64,000 nucleotides of DNA from Fidelibacterota bacterium (GTDB taxonomy: Bacteria > Fidelibacterota > Marinisomatia > Marinisomatales > Marinisomataceae). Location: positions 672,001 to 736,000 of the forward strand of contig OZ243041.1 of assembly GCA_965212055.1 (NCBI GenBank), given 5' to 3'. The notes under the pieces are model-generated. The model did not search any database. It saw only the letters and a list, made by a program, of their open reading frames with translations, and was not told the origin of the DNA. How positions within the stretch are numbered: position 1 is the first letter of the stretch; every line of letters begins with the position of its first letter. The translations under genes were made by a program, and so were the position numbers. Of the stretch, positions 10,583-19,409 are shown piece by piece.

Positions 10583-11596
10583 ATGGAATATAAGAATACA
10601 CAATTACTTTTGAACAAAAGACCAAAAGGAATGCCAGAAGATGATTGTTGGAAGCTCAATAATGAAGTAATAACATCTTTAGAAGATAATGAAATTCTTA
10701 TTGAAGTTAAGTACCTATCAATTGATCCATACATGAGAGGTCGAATGAATGATGGCGCTTCATATGCCGAACCAGCTAAAATTGGAGAACCTATGACAGG
10801 TGAAACTGTTGGTGTTGTCGTTGAAACTAATTCTAGTTTATATGCGATTGGTGATAAAGTATGTGCTCATAAAGGTTGGCAAACATATGTAAAAACAAAA
10901 GATACTTATCCTGCTTTATTTAAAGTGCCTGAATCTAATATACCGTTATCTACTTATTTAGGAACAGTAGGAATGCCTGGAAGGACTGCTTACTTTGGTC
11001 TAAATAGAGTTGGAAAACCTAAGTCTGGAGAGACTTTAGTTGTTTCAGCTGCATCAGGAGCCGTAGGAACTGTTGTTGGGCAGCTTGCAAAGTCTTATGG
11101 ATGTCATGTAGTTGGCATAGCTGGTGGTCCAGAAAAATGTTCTTATGTAAAAGATATTCTGAAATTTGATGAATGTGTTGATTATAAGGCAGGCAATTTA
11201 GAAGAAGATCTTAAAAATGCTTGTGAAAAAGGCATAGACATTTATTTTGAAAATGTTGGTGGAGCAGTAACTAGAGCAGTTGCCCCTCTTCTAAATGAGG
11301 GAGCAAGGGTTCCAATTTGTGGGTTTATATCTCAATATAATGCCGAAGATATGTCTAAAACGGAAACACCGTTTCATGTTTTAGGTGCACTTGATCCGAA
11401 ACCTGAACACAGATTCTTTGTTGTGACTGAATGGTTCGATGAATGGGAAAAAGCAACCAATGAAATATCTAAATTGATTTTAGAAGAAAAATTATTTTAT
11501 AAAGAAACTATTACAAAAGGTTTTGAAAATGCTCCTCAGGCTTTAAGAGATGTTTTAACAGGTAAAAATTTTGGAAAACAACTTATAGAAATTTAA
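10583..11596 (+). CDS. NADP-dependent oxidoreductase (PTGR/CurA-like MDR alkenal reductase)
   Basis: YLSIDPYMRGRM, GMPGRTAYFGL, VSAASGAVG, YFENVGG, GKNFGK. Confidence 0.92.
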   Translation: MEYKNTQLLLNKRPKGMPEDDCWKLNNEVITSLEDNEILIEVKYLSIDPYMRGRMNDGASYAEPAKIGEPMTGETVGVVVETNSSLYAIGDKVCAHKGWQTYVKTKDTYPALFKVPESNIPLSTYLGTVGMPGRTAYFGLNRVGKPKSGETLVVSAASGAVGTVVGQLAKSYGCHVVGIAGGPEKCSYVKDILKFDECVDYKAGNLEEDLKNACEKGIDIYFENVGGAVTRAVAPLLNEGARVPICGFISQYNAEDMSKTETPFHVLGALDPKPEHRFFVVTEWFDEWEKATNEISKLILEEKLFYKETITKGFENAPQALRDVLTGKNFGKQLIEI

Positions 11597-11603
11597 TTGA
11601 ACA

Positions 11604-12095
11604 ATGTCATTACCCACCTTATACGAACTCGCGGACGAATTTAAAGATGCATTAGAAAATCTAACTGAACTTGATGATCAAGCAGTTGTAGATACATTGG
11701 AATCATTGGAAGGTGAATTCAAGCTCAAAAGTACAAATGTAGCTAAATATATTAGAAATCTAGAACATACCCTTGAAGGCATCAAAGAAGTGGAATCAAA
11801 AATGCATCAGAAAAGAGCTTCACTAGAGAAAAAAATTGGGCATATGCGTGAATATTTAAGGCACAATTTGGAAAAAAGCGGAGTCAAAAAGATTGATAGT
11901 CCTGAAATCAGTATTGCTATTCAAAAAAATCCATATAAAGTAGTCATTACTAATGAAAAAGAGATTCCAGCAGAGTTTGTTGATAGCAAGGCAACAGAAA
12001 CCATTAATAAAGAAAAACTAAAAGAAGCTCTAAAAAGTGGTATAGAAATTCCTGGATGTGAGCTCGTACAAGAAAATCGACTCACAATCAAATAG
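11604..12095 (+). CDS. Siphovirus Gp157 family protein
   Basis: TLYELA...DTLESLEGEF..K..NVAKYIRNLE coiled coil, QKNP..V.I..E.EIP.EF, KEKLKEALKSG.EIPG.ELVQ..RL.IK: typical Gp157 pattern and length. Confidence 0.88.
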   Translation: MSLPTLYELADEFKDALENLTELDDQAVVDTLESLEGEFKLKSTNVAKYIRNLEHTLEGIKEVESKMHQKRASLEKKIGHMREYLRHNLEKSGVKKIDSPEISIAIQKNPYKVVITNEKEIPAEFVDSKATETINKEKLKEALKSGIEIPGCELVQENRLTIK

Positions 12096-12096
12096 C

Positions 12097-12696
12097 ATGC
12101 TAAACTATCTTATCAGAAAAAGAATACTGTTATCAAGAATATTTGGTTTTTCTATGATACCTATCATTCTTCTGAGTGATAATTTCAGTATTTATACTCT
12201 AGATATTACCAAGATGCAATCAGTAGGATTGAGTATAATTGGATTTACTCTTGTAATAATTGGAGGCTTTGGAAGGTTATGGGCATCTTTATATGTTGAG
12301 GGATTTAAAACAAAAACCTTAATTAAAGAAGGTCCATATTCTATGGTAAGAAATCCATTATATTTCTTCAACTTCTTTACGTTATTAGGGTTTTGCTGTG
12401 TGGTAAAGTCTATTCCGGTTGCAATTGCGCTTTTAATTACTTTTTCCCTATTGCACATTCCAGCTATTATAAATGAAGAGAGAAAACTATTATCACGACA
12501 CGATGATCGATATAAAAATTACTACAATAGTACACCAAGACTAATTCCAAATCCTTTTAAATACAGAAAAACAAAATCAACAGATAGAATTGAAGTAAAG
12601 ATTAAGAGAATTAATAATGTGATATGGGAAATAGTAGGCTATATATTCTTATATACAGTAATAGATTTAGTTCATTTTTATCAGATTTTTCAGTAA
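12097..12696 (+). CDS. Isoprenylcysteine carboxyl methyltransferase / PEMT family membrane protein
   Basis: LIKEGPYSMVRNPLY, EERKL...Y..Y...TPRLIP. ATG 12097 follows the Gp157 stop. Confidence 0.85.
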   Translation: MLNYLIRKRILLSRIFGFSMIPIILLSDNFSIYTLDITKMQSVGLSIIGFTLVIIGGFGRLWASLYVEGFKTKTLIKEGPYSMVRNPLYFFNFFTLLGFCCVVKSIPVAIALLITFSLLHIPAIINEERKLLSRHDDRYKNYYNSTPRLIPNPFKYRKTKSTDRIEVKIKRINNVIWEIVGYIFLYTVIDLVHFYQIFQ

Positions 12697-13530
12697 TTCT
12701 ATATGCTTAGGATTAGATCCACAACACCCACCTACTACAGTAGCACCTAACTTTACTGCATTTTTGGTTAAATCGATAAATTCAGCATCCGAGTGATAAT
12801 CTTTAATAATACCATCTGGAGAAGGCTCTCCAACGCCAAGATTGGGATAAATACCCCATTTACCAGAGCAATAACGTGCAAGAGTCTCTAACGCACTGAA
12901 TGTACGATTTAAGGGATTACAGTTTAACAAAACACAATCAACAGAAAATTTATCTACCATTTTGATTGCATCTTTCAACGATTCACCAGATTGAATATGG
13001 TCTGAGTCTAAAAGATTAAAGCTAACCCATATAGGAAGTTTATATTTTTCCACAACATCTAAACAAGTTTTTGTTTCAAGAATATTATTCATGGTTTCCA
13101 GTAAAAAAATATCAATTCTTTCATCTGCTAGCCATTCTGCAATCACTGAAAATTCTTTTGTAGCTAAATCTGCACCGGGAAAAAGATCAGGAGAATAACA
13201 ATCTTCCAAAGGAGCAATCGATCCTAATATTTTTATGCTATCATTACTTGCTTTTCTAGCCATCTGAACTGCATTGTGCATTGAAATCTTAGCAGTGCTA
13301 TATGCTTCTTTATATGATAATCCTGTTTTTTGGTATGCTCTTGGCGTAGTTCGAAAAGTATTAGTTGTAAGATAGTCTACACCAGCAGTGACATATTCTT
13401 GATGAATACCATATAGTAAATCTGGATTTGTCAGATTAACATCTGCAGACCAAGTATGGGGTGGTAATATTTCTCCTCTACGGATAAATTCTGACCCCAT
13501 AGCTCCATCTAAAAGCTTAAGGTCGGTCAT
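12667..13530 (-). CDS. Homocysteine S-methyltransferase family protein
   Basis: LLDGAMGSE, TTNTFR, GSIAPL, LNC, GIYPN, VGGCCG Zn ligands. Confidence 0.92.
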   Translation of the reverse strand: MTDLKLLDGAMGSEFIRRGEILPPHTWSADVNLTNPDLLYGIHQEYVTAGVDYLTTNTFRTTPRAYQKTGLSYKEAYSTAKISMHNAVQMARKASNDSIKILGSIAPLEDCYSPDLFPGADLATKEFSVIAEWLADERIDIFLLETMNNILETKTCLDVVEKYKLPIWVSFNLLDSDHIQSGESLKDAIKMVDKFSVDCVLLNCNPLNRTFSALETLARYCSGKWGIYPNLGVGEPSPDGIIKDYHSDAEFIDLTKNAVKLGATVVGGCCGSNPKHIELLKNLIKMN

Positions 13531-13535
13531 AATAA

Positions 13536-15629
13536 CTACTCTTTATTCTCTGTATTTTGGGCTGCTTTTGCAGCGGCTACAACTTTTGTTTCCATATCAC
13601 GTGGAACTTCTTCATAATGACTAAATTCTTCAGAATGTATTCCTCGTCCACCAGTCAAAGAACGGAGAGCAGTAGAATATTGATACATTTCTGATTGTGG
13701 CGCTTGAGCCCTTATTAATTGAGATTCCCCTTCTGCATCCATACCTATAATCTTTCCTCTGCGACTAGACATATCTCCCATCACATCTCCCATAAAATTA
13801 TCGGGTACTCTGATTTCGATATTCAAAATAGGTTCAAGTAAACATGGTTGAGCATCCATAAACGCTTCTCGAAACGCCTGCTTTCCTGCCATCTGGAATG
13901 CAATATCTTTAGAATCTACTGGATGTTGTTTTCCATCATAAAAATCGACTTTAAGATCTACCACACGATATCCAGCTAAAACTCCATCAGTACAAGCAAA
14001 ATTAACACCTTTCTCTACAGAAGGAACGAATACACGATCTACGCTCTGCCCAACAAGAGAATGAGTAAATTCAATTCCCTCACCTCTTGGCTTACTCTCA
14101 ACACGCATCCATACTTCAGCAAATTGTCCTGCACCACCACTTTGTTTTTTATGACGATATTTTGAAGATCCTTTTCCTCGAATTGTTTCACGGTAAGGAA
14201 TACGTGGCTTAAATGTTTCCACATCTACATTAAATTTTCGTTTTAAACGATCAATTGATACTTGAAGATGGAGTTCACCTTGGCCTGAAAGTACCGTTTG
14301 ATGAAGTTCAGAGTCTACTCTATAAATAAATGTTGGATCTTCTTCATGAATTGTAGATAAACCCATGGCAATTCTTTCTTCATCCCCTTTTGATCTTGAT
14401 CGTATTCCTAAATGGATATTAGAGTTAGGAAGTTTAACCGAAGACAATTTAACTTTATTACTCGGTCCTGTTAATGTATTGCCTGTATGAGTATCTTTTA
14501 ATTTTACAACTGCTCCAATATCACCTGCATTCAAACTTGGAACACTGGTTCGATCTTTTCCATTCATTAAAAACATTTGTCCAAAACGTTCTGAATTGCC
14601 TCGTGTTGTATTGTGAAGATCCATCCCAGTAGATACAGAACCAGAATAAACCCTAAAAAATGAAAGTTCACCAACATGAGCTTCACTTATTGTTTTAAAA
14701 ACATGAACAACAGGCGCACTACCATCCAATGCCACATCAATAGTTTCCTCAGAATTAACATTTTCTGCCTGAACTGTAGCACGATCAACTGGAGAAGATC
14801 CATATTTAGATATAAAATCCATAAGTCTCGCTACACCAATATTTTCAGTTGCTGCCGTACAAAATACAGGTATAAAAACCTGATTTTGTATTGCACGATG
14901 TAGTCCTTCTCTCATTTCTTCTTCAGATAAACCTCCTTCTTCGAAAAATTTTTCTAGAAGTGTGTCATCTGATTCTGCTACATATTCGATTAACTCTTCG
15001 TGTAATCCTTTAATTTTTTCTTGCCATTCTTCTGGTAATTCTTCTTCAGAATATTTTCCGCTTCCATCTGTACTATAAGTAATTAATTCGCTCCTTAACA
15101 CATCAACAACCTGATTAAATCCAGGACCAGCATTGACCGGTAGTTGTAAAGGAAACACATTAGAACCAAAATTACTTTTTGCTTGCTGTAAAATCTGATC
15201 AAATTGGGTATGCTCTCTATCTAAACCATTAACTACTATAATTTTTGGTAATTTATAATTGCTAGCATAATTCCATACCTGCTCTGTCCCAACCTCAATA
15301 CCATTTACCGCATGAACTACAACAACTGCAGCATCAACTACTGCTAAGGAAGATATTGCTTCTCCAATAAAATCAAGGTATCCAGGAGTATCTATTAAAT
15401 TAAATTTTATATCATCCCACTCTAAATGAAGGGGTGAAGAATGAATTGAAATCTGACGTTGATGTTCATCGTGATGATAATCAGAAACAGTAGTTCCTGA
15501 TTCAATTGATCCGATTCGGTTAATTTTTCCACTTCGAGAAAGCATTGCCTCTGAGAGCGTTGTTTTTCCTGAACCACCATGCCCAACAACGGCAAAGTTA
15601 CGAATGTCTTTGGCTGCGTAATTTTTCAT
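13536..15629 (-). CDS. fusA: Elongation factor G paralog (EF-G-like, outside the str operon)
   Basis: GHGGSGKTT, DTPGYLDF, GQGELHL, PYRETI, KKQSGGAGQF, HPVDS, GDVMGDMSSRRG; divergent RQISI and NGLD motifs. Confidence 0.93.
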   Translation of the reverse strand: MKNYAAKDIRNFAVVGHGGSGKTTLSEAMLSRSGKINRIGSIESGTTVSDYHHDEHQRQISIHSSPLHLEWDDIKFNLIDTPGYLDFIGEAISSLAVVDAAVVVVHAVNGIEVGTEQVWNYASNYKLPKIIVVNGLDREHTQFDQILQQAKSNFGSNVFPLQLPVNAGPGFNQVVDVLRSELITYSTDGSGKYSEEELPEEWQEKIKGLHEELIEYVAESDDTLLEKFFEEGGLSEEEMREGLHRAIQNQVFIPVFCTAATENIGVARLMDFISKYGSSPVDRATVQAENVNSEETIDVALDGSAPVVHVFKTISEAHVGELSFFRVYSGSVSTGMDLHNTTRGNSERFGQMFLMNGKDRTSVPSLNAGDIGAVVKLKDTHTGNTLTGPSNKVKLSSVKLPNSNIHLGIRSRSKGDEERIAMGLSTIHEEDPTFIYRVDSELHQTVLSGQGELHLQVSIDRLKRKFNVDVETFKPRIPYRETIRGKGSSKYRHKKQSGGAGQFAEVWMRVESKPRGEGIEFTHSLVGQSVDRVFVPSVEKGVNFACTDGVLAGYRVVDLKVDFYDGKQHPVDSKDIAFQMAGKQAFREAFMDAQPCLLEPILNIEIRVPDNFMGDVMGDMSSRRGKIIGMDAEGESQLIRAQAPQSEMYQYSTALRSLTGGRGIHSEEFSHYEEVPRDMETKVVAAAKAAQNTENKE

Positions 15630-15630
15630 A

Positions 15631-16620
15631 CTATTCCTCCTTTACAGTATCTTCTGCTTTATCAACTTCAGATGAAGCTATCTTATCAACAATTTTTTCT
15701 AATGCTGTCTTTCTAGGTCCTGTTATCTCGTCAAAAGAACCTTGTGCAGTCTTAAGCTGCTTACTATGTTTATCAAGTTCTGACAACATATTATCCCATT
15801 CAAGCTGAAATTTTTTCATATTATCAATAATTTTATTTGTAGATTTCTCAATCTTGAAATTATCTATTGCCGTTGTAAGAAGATTCAAAATTCCATACAA
15901 TTCAGATGGACCTACAAGTAACATTTTTCTTTTTGAAGCATAATCATATAAATCTTCAAATTCTTCTCTTACAAAATTTAAAACTTGCATATTGGGTATA
16001 AATATCAGCACAAAATTTATACCACCATCATGTTCAATATAATCTTTCTTTGCACCTTCAATTTTTCTTAAAAGAGCTCTAACATTTTCTTTAAAGTTTT
16101 TCTTTGCAATATCTTCTTGAGGCGACTTAGGATCACATTGAATCATTTCATGATAATTATCTAATGGAAATTTTGCATCAAGATGTACATAACCGCCTTT
16201 AGGAAAATAAAATGTAAAATCTGGTCTAGAATCTCCAAATGGTTTTTGTTTATCCCAAGACTTTCCTTCGCCTCCTTCTAATCCTATCCATTCAACAATC
16301 TTTTCAACTACATATTCTCCAAGCGCTCCTCTTGTTTGATTTGTTGTAAAAACTCTTTCAACATTGGTTATTCTTTTAATCATATCTCTATAATTATCTG
16401 TTGAAGATGTAGATGCTTGCTTAGCCGATTCTTTTAATCCGCCTAGAGATTCTAGAACGCTTTTTAGAGTATTGTTGGTATCAGAAAATTTATCTTTTAA
16501 ATCTTCGGAGCTTGAATCTGATACAGCTGTTAATATTTTATTCGAAAAATAAATTATCACAACACCTAAAATTCCTAAGACCAATGTGAGGCCAACTAAG
16601 ATTACTCTAGTTTCTATCAT
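15631..16620 (-). CDS. rmuC: RmuC family DNA recombination protein (membrane-anchored, short)
   Basis: N-terminal TM helix, coiled coil, TRGALGE, RPDF, LDAKFPLDNY, FVLIFIPN, LVGPSEL. Confidence 0.85.
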   Translation of the reverse strand: MIETRVILVGLTLVLGILGVVIIYFSNKILTAVSDSSSEDLKDKFSDTNNTLKSVLESLGGLKESAKQASTSSTDNYRDMIKRITNVERVFTTNQTRGALGEYVVEKIVEWIGLEGGEGKSWDKQKPFGDSRPDFTFYFPKGGYVHLDAKFPLDNYHEMIQCDPKSPQEDIAKKNFKENVRALLRKIEGAKKDYIEHDGGINFVLIFIPNMQVLNFVREEFEDLYDYASKRKMLLVGPSELYGILNLLTTAIDNFKIEKSTNKIIDNMKKFQLEWDNMLSELDKHSKQLKTAQGSFDEITGPRKTALEKIVDKIASSEVDKAEDTVKEE

Positions 16621-17330
16621 AATAATTCTTTTTCCTTTAACATATTTACCAAATCATCTTCATGATAATTTACAGTATAAGTTTTATAATTGTCTGCTCT
16701 TAAATGAAAAAGAGTCTGACTGCCAACCTTTAATCCGTAACAATTTTCTAAGATATATCTATAGAATGATAATTGGAGTGAATAGTGTATAAAATTACAA
16801 TCATCTAAGTGTTGAGTAGCATTTAAAATACCTTTTTTATTTCCAAAAGGTTTTTGATTAATGCGTTTATTTGTTTTCCAATCAACCAAATGATATGTAT
16901 CCTGTTTTTTATTATATACTAATACATCGATTGTTCCAGCAACACCCAATTCTTTCGAATAAACAATTACCTCAGAGTAGAATGTATTATCTGGATTCTC
17001 TTGTTTCGTTTTTAACCATCTTGCTCCTACATTAGCTAATTCATGTTTTGGTTCTATCCCTTCTTTAATAAACAATTCTAACTCATTATGTACAATCGTA
17101 CCTCGTTCTGCACCTTTGCGCCATTCTTTTATAACATCATCAAGTGTTCTGTCTATATATTTTGGATGTTCACTAATCAATTTTTTTGCTGTTTTTTCTT
17201 GGTCAAATTTTCGGAAGAATTCATGAATAAACTCAGTTACGCTTGCAAAACGAAATTCAGGATCATCCAATAATTGATAGGTATGAGTTCCATGATCAAG
17301 AGATATGTTATTCGTAAATAGAGAATTCAT
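16617..17330 (-). CDS. PD-(D/E)XK RecB-family exonuclease, phage/large-virus type
   Basis: HTY...SVT, GTIVHNELE, SE.IVY, AGTIDVL, DWKTNK, DCNFIHYSLQLSFY (QxxxY motif). Confidence 0.85.
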   Translation of the reverse strand: MNSLFTNNISLDHGTHTYQLLDDPEFRFASVTEFIHEFFRKFDQEKTAKKLISEHPKYIDRTLDDVIKEWRKGAERGTIVHNELELFIKEGIEPKHELANVGARWLKTKQENPDNTFYSEVIVYSKELGVAGTIDVLVYNKKQDTYHLVDWKTNKRINQKPFGNKKGILNATQHLDDCNFIHYSLQLSFYRYILENCYGLKVGSQTLFHLRADNYKTYTVNYHEDDLVNMLKEKELL

Positions 17331-17521
17331 TTTTTTAGCTTATTCACTCTTCTTCTTGTGATACGTCTTTGAATATAGCCTAATGTCCAACTAATCAATA
17401 AAAGAATTGGAATAATTGCCATTTTTGGTCTATCAGAGGTAAGAGTAAAGTAGAGCAATAAACTGGCTGTGAATAGCTGCATATAGAACTGAGTGGTGTT
17501 AATAACTTTAAGCTTATTCAT
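17327..17521 (-). CDS. Small two-TM hypothetical protein
   Basis: 64 aa, two hydrophobic segments and a basic tail; exactly fills the gap with TAATG and ATGA overlaps. Confidence 0.7.
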   Translation of the reverse strand: MNKLKVINTTQFYMQLFTASLLLYFTLTSDRPKMAIIPILLLISWTLGYIQRRITRRRVNKLKK

Positions 17522-18942
17522 TAAGCACCAAGCAAATCAAGAACCAATCTAATGACTTGTCCTGAGGCACCATCTTTCTGAGCATAACTTCTGTTTTCTA
17601 CATGAGATGCTGTTCCAGCAATATCAAAGTGCACCCAAGGAATATCTTCACGAACAAATGCTTTTAAAAATGCAGCACCAGCAATTGAACCAGCTTGCCC
17701 CGGGCTACCAAGATTCTTTACATCTGCTACTTTAGATTTAACTTGATCACAATATTCATCCCACAATGGCAATTGCCATACATGTTCACCGGTATTTTCT
17801 GAAGAAACTTTAATATTCTCGATTAATACTTCATTATTACCCATTATACCTGTTGCTATACCTCCTAGTGTAATAACTATAGCGCCCGTCAATGTTGCAA
17901 AATCGAGTATATATTCAGGATCATAGTGCTTACTAGCATATGCTAACGCATCGGCAAGGATTAACCGACCTTCAGCATCAGTATTTAAAACTTCAATTGT
18001 TTTTCCATTATAGGCAGTTAAAATATCGCCTGGTTTGACTGCAGATCCTCCAAGCATATTATGAGTTGAAGGAACAATTGCTACTACATTCATTTTTGGT
18101 TTTAATGCTGCAATAGCATTCATTGCTCCGAGAACAACTGCTGAACCACACATATCAAATTTCATCTCATCCATACGTAAACCTGGTTTTAATGAAATTC
18201 CTCCAGTATCAAAGGTTAGTCCCTTACCAACAAGTAGCACCGGTTTATCTTTTTTGGATCCGCCAAAATATTCCATAATAATAAATTTTGGTGGTTCATT
18301 TGTACCTAGGGCTACTCCAGCAAAAGATCCCATACCCATTTTGGTAAATTCGTCTCTATCAAATATGGTTATTTTCATGTTGCCTTTTTTGCCAACTTCT
18401 TTGGCAAAATTAGCTAAACGAGTAGGAGTTGTTACATTGCCAGGATGATTTCCTAAATCTCTAGAATCACATACAGCATTTGCAATTATTACTCCCTTCT
18501 TGGATGCATTTTTATTGCATGTTCCTACCATAGTGATATTCTTTAAATAGTAATTTGCTCTTTCGTCAGAAAAATAATCAAGAAAACGATAGCTTGATAA
18601 AATAAGTCCCTCTGTAAATGCTTGACAATTGTATGCTTCCATACCTCCAGTTGGACATTCAACTGCTAAAGAACCATACTTTTTATCGATAACAAAATTA
18701 ACGACAGAACCAGCTGCTCTTCTGAAATTCTCTGCAGTTGCTTCTTTTTTCTTTCCTAATCCAAAAAATAAAGTTTTTTCTTTTTCATTAAATGAAAATG
18801 CTAAATCCCCAACTTTTCCTTTCATTTGACCGCTAGTAATTGTCCAGTGTTTCTTGTCGTCTTCAAAAATTCCTTTTGCAACTACATCTGATTTAATGCT
18901 TTTTAAATTTTCTTTATAATGTAATTTATTAATATGTGCCAT
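17521..18942 (-). CDS. pepA: Leucyl aminopeptidase (M17)
   Basis: VGKGLTFDTGGISLKP, MKFDMCG, NTDAEGRL, DFATLTGA, HFDIAG. Confidence 0.96.
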   Translation of the reverse strand: MAHINKLHYKENLKSIKSDVVAKGIFEDDKKHWTITSGQMKGKVGDLAFSFNEKEKTLFFGLGKKKEATAENFRRAAGSVVNFVIDKKYGSLAVECPTGGMEAYNCQAFTEGLILSSYRFLDYFSDERANYYLKNITMVGTCNKNASKKGVIIANAVCDSRDLGNHPGNVTTPTRLANFAKEVGKKGNMKITIFDRDEFTKMGMGSFAGVALGTNEPPKFIIMEYFGGSKKDKPVLLVGKGLTFDTGGISLKPGLRMDEMKFDMCGSAVVLGAMNAIAALKPKMNVVAIVPSTHNMLGGSAVKPGDILTAYNGKTIEVLNTDAEGRLILADALAYASKHYDPEYILDFATLTGAIVITLGGIATGIMGNNEVLIENIKVSSENTGEHVWQLPLWDEYCDQVKSKVADVKNLGSPGQAGSIAGAAFLKAFVREDIPWVHFDIAGTASHVENRSYAQKDGASGQVIRLVLDLLGA

Positions 18943-18951
18943 TCTTTCTCC

Positions 18952-19347
18952 CTATTCACAATTCAAATTATGATTAAACTTAACTAATTTTCCTTCATCA
19001 TCTCTAATGACAGCAACAAAAGTAATGTTGGCTGTACATGCTAATCTTTTACCATGATCTTTGCTCTCAGCAAAAGCCTTAATCTCTATTTCAAGAGATG
19101 AACTTCCTGTTCTTATAACTTTGGATTCACAATTTACCCAATCTCCCAGAAAAACAGGTTCTTTAAATTCTACTTTATCCATCGCACGAGTAACTACACC
19201 CCATGCATCTGTTTGTTTTAAAAAATCATTGGCAGCTTTTACGCCGGCAAGATCTAGCCATGCCAACATATTTCCACCAAACAAAGTACCAGCTGTGTTG
19301 ATATGTTGTGTTTGAACCAGCTCTGAGTATTCTGATATTTTACTCAC
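18952..19347 (-). CDS. Acyl-CoA thioesterase (YciA-like hotdog fold)
   Basis: N..GTLFGG.MLAWLD, F.EPV..GD, GSSSLEI; GTG start. Confidence 0.9.
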   Translation of the reverse strand: MSKISEYSELVQTQHINTAGTLFGGNMLAWLDLAGVKAANDFLKQTDAWGVVTRAMDKVEFKEPVFLGDWVNCESKVIRTGSSSLEIEIKAFAESKDHGKRLACTANITFVAVIRDDEGKLVKFNHNLNCE

Positions 19348-19409
19348 GGTATTAATTTAAAAAAATTTTCTGTTTTAGCATCAGTTATTTATAAAAAAAA
19401 CAACAACTA

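Noticed and set aside
11604..17330. Prophage remnant spanning Gp157 to the exonuclease
   Set aside because: Intervening genes are cellular and intact, the two genes are on opposite strands, and there are no structural genes, integrase or flanking repeats.
16617..17330. Exonuclease as Cas4
   Set aside because: It has a single Cys, so the four-Cys Fe-S ligand set is absent; no CRISPR context.
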